Source: Protoeuglena noctilucae (lineage: Eukaryota). Taken from it: 64,000 nt of DNA. The notes under the pieces are model-generated. The model ran no database searches, was not told the origin of the DNA, and worked only from the letters and a program-made list of their open reading frames with translations. Shown here piece after piece: positions 25,134-36,000 of this stretch (position 1 is its first letter; every line of letters begins with the position of its first letter). The translations under genes and the position numbers were made by a program. The stretch is from positions 248,001-312,000 of the forward strand of contig OY253682.1 of NCBI GenBank assembly GCA_958009085.1. Reading direction: 5' to 3'.

Positions 25134-25211
25134 GGACACAACACATTTCTTGGGCCACTCTCCCGAGGACGTCCGCGTCCCCGTCCGTAGCTGCAAAGCT
25201 CCGCTGCAGTC

Positions 25212-28200
25212 ATGACTGGGCCCGGGTCGGCGAGCGGGGAGGGCGGCGGCGTCCCGGGGCTCGTCAACGCGAGGGAGCTGGAGCTCGGAGCGGCCCTAGA
25301 TGGCGGCGACGGCTAGGCGGGCGAGGTGCTGAGGGCGCGGTGGGTGTCGCGGGACCGAGACGTGGCGGTGAAGCGGGTGGACGTGGACCTGCGCGGGACG
25401 GCTCCGGGCGCGAGGAGGAAGATGATGCGGAGGATGGCCGTGGATCTGGCGGACATCGCAGCCGCGACGAGGAGCGCGGCCCACATGTGCCGTGAGTAGG
25501 GCAGACGCCCACGCCCGCGCGTGCGGGGGGCTAAGCATCGCAGTGATCGCGATCGCCGACGACGGAGACATATGTGGTCCCTAAACGCCCCTGATGCAGG
25601 GTGCTGGGCATCGCGGTGCGCTAGTGGAGCCTGCTGGTGGTGATGCCGCTGTACGAGCGGGGCTCCCTGGCGCGGCGCCTGGCGATGGGGACGCCGCTGA
25701 CGGGGGAGGAGGCGGTGGAGGTGGCGATGGAGGTGCTCGAGGGTCTGCGGGCCCTGCACGAGCGGGGCGTGGTGCACGGCGCAGTGAAGCCCAGCAACGT
25801 GCTGGTGGACGACGAGGGGCGGCTGCGGGTGGCGGACTACGGGCTGGCGGGGATAGCGAGTGCGGGAGGCGCGCAGGTGTGAGGAGGCGGGAGCTGTTGC
25901 GGTGTCTGGTCTTGTCAGCTGATGACGCGACAGTGTGTGTGCTGGACAGCGGCAGCGGGTGGCTGATGATATCATGATGATGACCGTTGCGGTGGCCGGA
26001 CGCGCTTGCAGTCGGAGTCGAGGAGGGCCAACGAGGGCGCTGCGGTCAATGCCCAGGCGTATGCGGCCCCGGAGCGTCGAGGGGGCGAGGGGGCGGGCGT
26101 GGCGAGTATGGCGTCGGACGCGTACTCGGCGGCGGCGGTGGTGTGTCATGTGGCGTCGGGGCGGGCGCCGGCGGCGGACGGGAGGCCGCCGGAGGTGCCG
26201 GAAACGGTGCCGGAGCCGCTGCGGTCGGCGCTGCGGGGGGCGCTGTGCGGGGCGGCGGCGCAGAGGACGGGCGTGGCGGAGATGCTGGACGCTGCGAGGA
26301 GGTCCAGGTGGGTGGGCGTGGGCATGTGTGTGTATATGTGCAGGTGCGTGTGCGTGGGCGTGCATACGTGGGAGGTGCGCAGGGACCAGGTAGGGTGTCA
26401 GTGTGTCGTTCGTGGTCGCAGGAGGGCGCCGGTGCAGACTTGCTGCATCTGCATGGAGGAGGAGGATGCGCTGACGGCGTGCTCGGCAGGGGCGCACCGC
26501 ATGTGCGGGGAGTGCCTGGGGAGCCTGGTGGGGACGCTGGCGGACAACCCGCGGGCGCTGAGGGCGGACGGGGACGTGGGGTGCAGGGAGAGCACGGGGC
26601 GGGAGTGCGGGGGCGCGTTCCCGTGCCGCGAGGTGGTGGAGGCTCTGGTGCGGTTGCAGGCGGCGGGGGCGTGCGTGGCGTTTGTGCACGCCGTGCGGAG
26701 GCACGCGGCGACGTCGGCGGAGGCGGGGGCGGGGGCGGAGGCACCGGCGGAGACGGGGGCAGCCACGTCGGGCTCAGGGGCGGAGGCGAGCCTGGCCGAC
26801 CACCGGCGGGCGCTGGAGGATGCGCTGATCGTGGTACGGTGCCCGGGCTGCCGGCGGCCAGGGGACGTGGACGTGGGGAGCTGCATGGCGCTGTACTGCG
26901 CTCCGGGCGAGGGCGGGTGCGGGAGCCACTTCTGCGGGTGGTGCATGGCGGCGTGCCCCGACTCGGACGCTGCCCACGCGCACGTGGAGGGGTGCGGGCT
27001 GAACCCCAACCGTCCGCATCTGTATGCGTCGGGGAGGGACCTGCAGGAGAACGTGAGATGGGAGCAGCGGCTGAGGGTGGTGGAGCGTCTGCGAGAGCGC
27101 GTGGGCATGCGGGACGCGGAGGTGGTGTGGGATGCGTTGGCGACGCTGCCGACGATCCGCGAGCTGGGCCTGCGATGGGAGGACGTGCGCGCTCACATGG
27201 ACGGGGTGGTGGTGGTGCGGACGGGGGACGAGCTGGTGGAGGCGGCGAAGAGGGGCGGGTGGTGGAGCTGGGCGGGGGCGAGGTGGTGCTGAGGAGGGCG
27301 GTGCGCGTGCGGGGCGCGAGCGTGACGTTGCGCAACGGGACGGTGCGGGTGGCGGACGTCGGGAGGGAGCGGGAGTGGGAAGACGAGGAGGAGGAGGTGG
27401 GAGAGGGGTACGGCTTCCAAGTGGAGACGGGTGGGCGTCTGACGATGGAGAACGTGCGGGTGGTGGAAACGGGGCTGAGCTGCGAGGGAGGCGGGCAGGC
27501 TGAGCTGCGGGGCGTGGAGATCGCTGACTGTCAGGACTGCGGCGTGTGGTGCGGGGGAGAGGGGTCGAAGGTGGTGGTACGGGGGGGAAGCATCACGGGG
27601 TCCATAGACTCGCATGGAGTGTCGTGTCAAGAGGGCGGGCAGGTGGAGCTGCGGGACGTGGAAGTCATCGACAGCCGGGGCTGCGGCGTGTGGTACGATG
27701 GCGAGGGGTCGAAAGTGGTGGTGCAGGGAGGTTGCATCACGAGGTCCGCGGGCTTGCGCGGGGTGTCGTGTCAAAACGGTGGGCAGGGGGAGGTGCGGGG
27801 CGTAGAGTTCGCCGACTGCAAGGGTTATGGCGTTCTGTGTCGCGGCCGGGGATCCAAAGTCGTTGTGGAGGGGGGTCGCATCACGGGATCCAAGGACAGG
27901 CGCGTGGGGCTGTGTCAATACGGGGTGGCGTGTCAGGGTGGCAGGCAGGCGGAGGTGCGGGGCCTGGAAATCGCCGCTTGCTGTGAGAGCGGCGTGCAGT
28001 GCATTGGTGAGGGATCCCAGGTTGTCGTGCAGGGGGGCCGCATCACGGGGTCCAAAGCCTCTCAGGGGGTGCTGGCATGTCGTAACGGTGGGCAGGCGGA
28101 GCTGCAGGGTGTGGAAATCATCGATTGCGAAGGTTGCGGCGTGGCTTGCTCCAGACAAGGGTCTAAGGTCGTGGTGCAAGGGGGACAGATTGTGAGGTGC

Positions 28201-29088
28201 AGCTCGGGTGGGGTGTGTTGTGGCGCGGGTGGGCAGGTCGAGGTGCGGGGCATGAAAATCACCGACTTCAAGTACTGCGGCGTTTGGTGCGGGGGCGAGG
28301 GGTCGAAGGTGGTGGTGCAGGGAGGTTGCATCACGGGCTCCCAGGATTTGCATGGGGTGTTGTGTCGAGACCGTGGGCAGGTGGAGGTGCAGGGGGTGGA
28401 GATCGCTGACTGCCAGGAGTGTGGCGTGGTGTGCTATGGCGAAGGATCCAAAGTCGTGGTGCAGAGGGGCCGCATCACGGGGTCCAAGGACTTGCATGGG
28501 GTGCTGTGTCGAGGCCGTGGGCAAGCGGAGCTGCGGGACGTGGAGATTGCCGACTGCAGGGAAAATGGTGTGAGGTCGTGCGGTCAGGGGTCAAAGGTCG
28601 TGGTGCAGGGGGGCCGCATCATGGGCTCCAGGGACTTGCATGGGGTGTTGTGTGAAGGCGGGGGGCAGGTGGAGCTGTGTGACGTGGAGATCGCCGACTG
28701 TAAGGAATGCGGTGTGTGGTGCTGTGGCCAAGGATCGAAGGTCGCGGTGCAGCTGGGACGCATTTTGAGGTCCATGACCTCGGATGGGGTGCTTTGTCGA
28801 GATGGAGGGCATGCGGAGCTGCGGGACGTGGAGGTAGCCGACTGCAAGGGTTGTGGCGTGTTGTCCTGGGACGAGGGGTCGAAGGTGGTGGTGCACGGAG
28901 GTCGCATCACGGGGTCCAAGGACTTGCATGGGGTGGCGTGTAAAGACGGCGGGCAGGCGGAGGTGCGCGACGCATTGATTCGTGGGTGTCGCCAGCATGG
29001 TCTGTGCTGTTATGACGTGGCATCTCGTCTGCAGCACAGCGGCTGCCTGGTGTCGGAGTGCGGACTCGGGTCCATCTATGGATGCTGA
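25212..29088 (+). pseudogene. Protein kinase-like + RING/RBR-like zinc fingers + right-handed beta-helix repeat gene, disrupted
   Basis: Kinase motifs VAVK, HGAVKPSN, ADYGLA and YAAPE; RING CCICMEE...C...HRMCGEC; RBR-type CPGC...GSCMALYC...CGSHFCGWC. An in-frame TAG lies at 25314-25316 (codon 35) and a frameshift in the G-run at ~27251-27262 separates the RING part from the beta-helix. Confidence 0.8.
27472..29000 (+). repeat. About 10 tandem copies of a ~141-bp (47-aa) Cys/Gly/Val-rich beta-helix repeat
   Basis: Consensus GVxCxxGGQAELRGVEIADCxxCGVWCxGEGSKVVVQGGRITGSKDLH; GS(K/Q)V(V/A)V occurs 10 times. Confidence 0.9.
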
Positions 29089-30330
29089 GCAGTGGTGCCT
29101 GGCAGTGTGGCTTTGCGGGTGGCAGCTGTGTAGGTGCGCCTGGAGATTTGAAGCGTCAGGTCCCTTGAACGTGCCTCGCCATCACCGGGCAGCATCTGCC
29201 GGGGTCGGGTCGCTCAGATCGCTTTTTGCCAGCACAATCCACTACACGTGTTCTCCGCCATTGCGCTCGCCTGCCCGCACCACATGTCGCAACCAACCCA
29301 GGGCTCGTGGCCGTACTGAGTCTCCCTTCTCGCTGCATGGTCCGGAGTATCGCTCCACGTGGGCGCTGACGCTACCTGGCCTGCGCCCCCTCGCTGCTCG
29401 GTCACGCATTGCCACGGCGGCTGTCAGCTGCCGCCACACCCAGATGACCCCCTCACAGCGTCGTCATCTTGGTTTGTACCTCTGCAGCTGCAAACACTGG
29501 GTCAAAGCACGGCCACTCCGGTCAACCTCGACCAGTCCGCGCTTCATCACCCGCCACATGCCCCAGTGACGAGGCCGGCCCGTAGGTCGAGAGAATGGCC
29601 GGGGATCTGACCCGGCATGCCAGTGCTCTGGCGTGCAACGACGATGCGGTCCTCGTGGCGATCCTAGCCTGCGTGCCAACAGACGCTTGCTATATCCGTT
29701 CCTGCAGCTGGTCAGTGGCCTACTGAGAGGTGAGCTTGCGGCGCGGGGCGCAGAGTGCGGCGGAGCACAGTGGCATGACGGGGCTCCCCGCCGTGCTGCT
29801 CCGGTCCGCGCGGAACACAGCACAAGCCCCTCGTGACTCGCATGTTGGTGATGCATGACTGACAGCGCCGACGTCTCGGGGCACTGCGGGGCGTCTCCGT
29901 TGGAAGCTGGCAGGACACTTCAGCACCACTCGCGCGCGCCTCGCTTGACACGATCCCATGCTGGGACCATGGAGCGTCCGCATGCATCTCCATCGACATG
30001 CAGGAGGGGCCAGAACGCGGCGCTGGCTCTCGAACAGCGAAGGCTTGCGAGCTGTGCTCTGCCACAACATTCGCCACCCGAGGGCCCTTTCCCCGCGCCC
30101 CCAGCTCGAGCACAGCGAGCCGCCTGCGTGAGTCACTTCGCGGGAGTGGACAGGACCGATCGCTGTCGCAGCGCTGCGGCGGAGCTTGGCCTCTCTCCAC
30201 GCACGCCTGGGCTACTGCAGTGCGGTTTCCCTCACATGCGCTGCGACTGCCGACGCGCCGCGAGGCCGTCCTTTCCTCTCCCACGCCCGCAGCCCCGCGA
30301 CTGACGTGCCAGGTCGAAGTCTGAGTCGCC

Positions 30331-30822
30331 ATGCCGGGCACCCAGGAGGAGCGCAAGAGCTATCTGGAGGTCGGCAGAAAGGGGCGCAATGCCGGCTTCA
30401 CCAAGCACGGCAGCAAGCTGGACGGCACGGCCAGTGCGCACCGACTGTCGCACCGCGTCGTAAATGGCATCCTCTCCCACCTCCCGGGCACGGCTGGCCA
30501 CGGCCGCGGCGAGAAGACAGACAGCGAAGCCATCTCCCGGGTCCTCAACCAGGACGTCAACTGCCGCATCAAGACGGTGGAGGGCAACAAAAAGGACGAC
30601 GATTTGGACAAAAAGATCGTCCTTGCCCACAAAGACAAGACCCATATCCTGGACCTCAAAACGGCGATGCGTGCTGTCCAGGCGTACAAGGGCGGGATGG
30701 CCGCCAACCAGAGCGCCAATAACCTCGCCGTGGCCAGGGTCGTGCAAGACCTCGGCGAGATGACTTACCAGCGCAAAGGCAAGCTCGGCCGCCCCACCAA
30801 GATCAAGAACCTCGCCAAGTAG
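30331..30822 (+). CDS. Intronless basic 163-aa protein with an HNH-like (H...N-x8-N) motif
   Basis: Single ORF with a gccATG context and strong GC3 codon bias; SAHRLSH...LNQDVNCRIKTVEGNKKD resembles a beta-beta-alpha-metal nuclease core; Lys/Arg-rich C-terminus. The nuclease call is tentative. Confidence 0.65.
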   Translation: MPGTQEERKSYLEVGRKGRNAGFTKHGSKLDGTASAHRLSHRVVNGILSHLPGTAGHGRGEKTDSEAISRVLNQDVNCRIKTVEGNKKDDDLDKKIVLAHKDKTHILDLKTAMRAVQAYKGGMAANQSANNLAVARVVQDLGEMTYQRKGKLGRPTKIKNLAK

Positions 30823-31092
30823 AGCGGCTGAGGAGTCGACCCGTGGTGCAGAGCCAGGCAGCGAGCATGCAGCGAGTGAGCAGGTCCTAGCGCAGCTTTG
30901 GTTCACAGGCGTGGCAGGACGCGCGTGGCGGGCGAGCTCACACCGCGGCGGGCGTGATCGGAGCGACAGCGTGGTGGCAGCGTTGAAACCTTGGGGATCT
31001 CAGCTGCCTCGATCGCAGCGGCAGCGTCCGTCCGGATGCAGTTCCATGTCATATACAGAGCAGTCTATCACGGGTTTCAAGAGCCAATATCG

Positions 31093-31189
31093 CTTCCTCG
31101 CACGCGGCCAACCTGATGTCAGTGATGCCAGCCAGACGGCCGAGCCCCGAGGAGGACCAGAAGCCCATGGGATCATCGCGATGTGTTAC
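31093..31189 (+). repeat. Diverged direct repeat, copy 2
   Basis: Aligns with 25027-25133 with scattered substitutions and a ~9-nt indel. Confidence 0.85.
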
Positions 31190-31297
31190 AAATGTAGCAT
31201 ATCGCATCTCAATCTGTTTGCGTCCATCCCCGGGCTCCATAGCATCCAGTAAGGCCCCCACAGCACGTGCCCTGCACCCTCGGGGCTCGCGATCGCG

Positions 31298-32981
31298 ATG
31301 GGGGGTTCCGCACTACCTAGTTTGAGTGCCGGGGACTCCAATAAGAAAGAGAACAAATCAAATTTGGTTCTTTGGATTGCCGGGCTCGTCTTGGCAGCAG
31401 GGGCCTCTGCGTATCTTCTTGCAGCGCTTTTGAGGCCCGCGGCCGAGCCCAGCGGGCCCCTTCGACCGACCCTTAGTTTCCACCGACCACCCCTTAGTTT
31501 TTCGTCGGAGTCACGCTCGGCGAACGGCGGACCCACGCCAGCGGGGCAGTGCGTGGCGGCGGCAGCGACCCACGCCAGCGAGCTTCGTGTGTTCTCGCAA
31601 AACGGGGAGGATGGGATCCTGGAAGCCATCTTCGCGTGCGTGGGCGTGACGGACAAAACGTTCGTGGAGTTCGGCACGCAAGATGGCCAAGAATGTAATA
31701 CGCGGTGAGCCAATGGGGTGGTTACGAGAGGTGGCTGGGGGAGTTGTGGAGGAGGGTGGCTGGAGCCAGTGGCGCGCGGTCCGCTGCCCTCACGCTGAGG
31801 AGCTTTTAGCACTGCGACCGTGTGCCCTCAGTTACCTGCGCGAGGTGCGGGGGTGGAAGGGGCTGCTGATGGACGGCGGGTACGAGGACCCGACCATCAA
31901 CTTGCACAAAGAAATCATCACGCCCAGCAACATCGTCTCCCTGTTCTCCAAGTACTCGGTCCCTCGCAAGTTCGACCTCCTCAGCATCGACACAGACCAG
32001 GCGAGCTCCTTGGAAATGCTGAGGAAGCTTTGCATCCCTTCATGGCACATCCAGCGTCACCCGTCCCAGCGTCACCCGTCCCAGCGTCAACAGTCCCACC
32101 ATCCGCAGCTGGACCTCTTCCTGATGGACAGCATCCTGCGGGCCGGCTACCGCCCCCGCGTCCTCATCGTTGAGTTCAACCGCAACTTTGCATGGGACGA
32201 CGCCTACTCCGTGTGGGTCCCAAAGCCATGGGATGGCCTGGATGCAGACCACCACATCTCCAAACGTGAGTCGCGCACCTGAAGACCGGTTGCATCTCAG
32301 TTCAAACACCCAGCTGCGCCCGGCCGTCCGCCGAGTGCAGTCCTCCCGTATCCTGCTGATTACCGTCATGCGCTGTCGTACCGCATCGCCTCCCGCAGTG
32401 TTCTGGGACGGGACGTGCTACTTCGGGGCATCCCTGGCGGCCTTTGACCGTGTGGCGCGGCACTTCAGCTACCAGCTGGTGTGGGTCGACAACCTGGGCA
32501 TAAACGCCTTCTTCGTCGCCAGCGAGATCGTCGGGTCGCTGCCGTTCCGACCTGCGACGTTCAAGGCCCGGTATGGGCCCCTACACATGCCATGCCACGG
32601 GCGCTATTGGGTGGACGTGGCGAGCGTCGACCTGTCGGACAACCTGTGGACGGACAACGTGTCCCTCATTCGCCTCAACTATACCCAGGTGACCATGCAG
32701 CGATGGCCATGATGGAGCTGTGATGCCAGTGATGGCGCTCATACAGTGACGGCAATGATGGAGCTATGATGCTAGTGATGGTGCTGCCATGACACATCTC
32801 CTGGGAAAGGTGTTGCGGTAACGGTCTCTGACCCAATGCGCTTTCTCGTGCTCGCAGATGGGGCCGAACGCGCGCCCGGACGTGGACGGGCAGCAGCTGC
32901 CAGACCACCCGCCCTACCGTGTCTGGCACGTGTTGGGTGACCACATCCGTGCGGAGCTCCTGCCAACGCCATGAGCTATGA
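31298..32981 (+). CDS. FkbM-like (Methyltransf_21-type) SAM-dependent methyltransferase, type II membrane protein
   Basis: N-terminal anchor LVLWIAGLVLAAGASAYLLAAL; RVFSQNGEDGILEAIF, FVEFG..DG.ECNTR, WKGLLMDG, FDLLSIDTD, RPRVLIVEFN, YFGASLAAF, GINAFFV. The last exon is uncertain. Confidence 0.85.
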
Positions 32982-33093
32982 GCTGCAGCGCGCTGAGAGC
33001 GACCAGGCTGCGCCGCAAGGAGTGGGAGTGCTGGTTCTTGGCAGGCCACCCGTAGATATCCTTTTGGCAGCGGCCGATTTTGATGCGTTCAAG

Positions 33094-36000
33094 ATGGCGG
33101 GGGCGGTGAAGATGTCTTTGACCCAGCCGCTCTCGCCTGTACTAGCAGCGCGAGCGAGGCCGCGGCCGCGAGGACCGCGTGGGTGGGCACCGGAGAGCGC
33201 CCGCCCGCCGCGCGTAATTGCTCGCGCTGAGGGCGAGACGAAGACCAACCGTGCTTCTGAGAAGATTTTGGAACACGATCAGCGGGCTAACGTGGAGGAA
33301 TCGCAGAGGCGCGCGGCCGACGGGGGCGAGACGCGCCCAGCGAACGCGGTGACCATTCGTTCGCCGCGCGGGGATCGGGGATCCGCGCGCTTTGCCGCAG
33401 CATCCATAACATCATTCGGTTGCGTCGGCAACGCGGATGGCTCTCTAGTCACGCGAGCTGCGAGCACTGGCCGCAGGATGGCTTGGTGGATTTCTTTCAG
33501 CAAAGCGTGGGCCTCCCCGGTGGCTATCAGACCACGCGAAGGGACCTTCTCAAGTTCGCGGCGCTGGCGGGCTGGCTGGGCGCCCTCTACGTCCTCGTGA
33601 CGCGGAGCAAGGTGAGATGAGATCGCACGCCTGCAATCGATCGAGGACCCTTCCTCGCTCAAGGCGCGCCCCGCCTCGCGCTGACCTGCCTAGCGCACGA
33701 CGCGTCGCGCCGCGACCCCGCTGCCAGGAGGACCCCGGCTGGCGAGCCTTCCTGCGGGAGTATCACGTCGGCTGGTGGATACAAGCGGGGATACTTATCT
33801 ACCTCTGGCGTTCCTTTGGATACCTGTCCAGGGTGACGGCCGCCAGGGCCGCAAGTCGCTGGAGCCGCGAGTCGCGCCCACTCGCGACCTCCCTCCGCCC
33901 TCGCCCCGCAGGCCCTGTCGTTTGCCTCGCCCAAGGCGGTCCTTCGTCAGCTGTTGCCGGGTGCTGACCCGTCCGCCATGGCCGGAGCGCAGTCAGACAG
34001 CAAGGTGACGAGGCTGCTGCCGCTGCATGTTGCGGCGATAAGATGGGCAGCTGGCCGGATGCCAGACCAGCTGGGCTGGTGTCGTGGGTTGGCGGCGCTT
34101 GCGATGAGCAATGGACAGTCGGCGTAGGGAGTACAAGAGTGGGATGGCATGAATGGAGTAAGATGCTTTCATAAGTGCACAATCATTGCAATGACTGCAC
34201 CCTGTGGATGCACTCGATGTGTTGGTCTCGTGTCCCAGGCGCGTGTGGCGGCCTTCAAGCGCTTCATCGCCGGCATCGAGGCACGGGGAGCAGGGGAGCC
34301 CGTGTCAGAGTTCCCTGCAGGAGGTGACATGGAAAGACACGAGCCTGGTGCATGTGCCTAGCTAAGTGAGTGCTTGGTGAGTGAGTCGGTTGTCGTGGCA
34401 ATGGGCTGCGACAGTGCGTGGCAAAGCATGGCAGCCGAACCCTCACCCTCTCACCTTGCGTGCTTGCCCACTCCTTTCCAGTGAAGTAAGCAGCAATCCA
34501 GTATCGATGCACAGCTGCTATGTCTAAGTATCTAACCTCTACATTACAGTCACCTCTCGGCTGCGTGCCTGCAGCGGACTGGCTCAACGTGGCGAGGCCC
34601 CTTTCGCTGTCCAAGGACCTCCGTGGCAAGGTCGTCGTCCTCGATTTCTGGACCTACTGCTGCATCAACTGTGAGCCCTGGCCTGCCTCCCGGCGACAGC
34701 GATGGCGCAATCGACGCAGCAGCGCTCGGTTACCAAGGCCGGCCTCTGTGTGCAGATGGGCGCCTCGCTTGCGCTGCTCTCTGCTTTCATATGCTGAGAA
34801 ACATGTAGGTGCACCGCGTGCCAGTGTTCCGTTTTACGCAGGCATGCACATCCTCCCCGACCTGGCGTCGCTGGAGGCAAAGTACAAGGACAGTCCCGTG
34901 GTGGTTGTGGGGGTGCACTCTGCCAAGTTTGACAATGAGAGAGACTCGGGGGCCATCCGGAACGCCGTCATGAGGTGACCCGCGTGGGATGGTGTCAGTG
35001 CAGTGGGTGGCATCTGCAGTGCAGTGCTGAGGTGCGTGGGAGGGGTGGATGAGAAACCTATCTTGACCTGAAGCGCCCAACACCACCCTCTCTCTCTCCC
35101 CTCACGCACCCAGGTACGACGTGGCCCACCCCGTTGTCAACGATGCCCGCATGGAGCTGTGGCGGGACCTGGGGGTCTCCTCCTGGCCCACGCTCGCGGT
35201 GGTGAGCCCTGAGGGGAAGGCCCTGGCGATGCTGGCGGGCGAGGGGCACGGCCGGGACATCGAGGACCTCGTCGCGGCGGCGCTGGAGTATTACGGGGAG
35301 CGCGGCATGCTCAGCGACCGCCCGCTGCCCATCGCGCTGGAGCGGGAAAGGGACCCCGCGCTGCTGCAGAGCCCCCTGCGATTCCCAGGTGACGGGATGG
35401 GTGACTGACAGACTGGCTGATAAGTAGGATGGGATGACTCGGTTTTGTTGCAAACAAGACCAGATCCATTGGCTCGTTTGCTAGACTAGCAAGTGGATGC
35501 TTGCAGAGTTGACGGTGCTTCTCAGGTGCTTGGCTGGCACGGCTGATGGCGTGCATGACACATCAACAGGCATATGTGCTTATGCATGCTCCGCCCATCC
35601 CACGCTTCCATCGTGACAGCCCCGCTTGCCCTATGTCTGCGTCACGCAGGGAAGCTCGCCACGGACCTCAAAGGCGGCCGGCTGTTCGTCTCTGACAGCA
35701 ACAACCACCGCATCGTGGTGACGGATCTGAGCGGGAAGTACTTGTTCCAGATCGGCGGGAATGGCCCGCGGCTGCAGGACGGGTCGTTCGACGACTGTGC
35801 ATTCAACCGGCCTCAAGGCGAGCCCAGGACGGCGCAGACACGTGCTAGCATCCATGGGGGGATGCAGTATGTGCTATGTAGATTTCACACAGCGGGTGGG
35901 TCAGTGCGTCATCGCAGCCATAACAAATGCCTTTCCGCAACTCCACTCATCCCAACTGTGTCATGCTCGCACGCCACGTCGCCCCCACCCCATCCTAACC

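Noticed and set aside
25314..25316. In-frame TAG read as Gln (UAR-to-Gln genetic code, as in some ulvophyte algae)
   Set aside because: Conserved genes here end in TAG at the expected position (LIN9 55020, SOQ1-like 37985), no other conserved exon contains TAA/TAG, and the same gene also has a frameshift; pseudogenisation is simpler.
25987..27260. N-terminal part of the 1033-aa ORF 25987-29088 as real protein
   Set aside because: Before ~27260 it is an off-frame reading of the kinase/RING exons; only the part after the frameshift is protein-like.
27472..29000. Regular repeats as a CRISPR-like or non-coding array
   Set aside because: They are degenerate, in-frame protein-coding beta-helix repeats without unique spacers.
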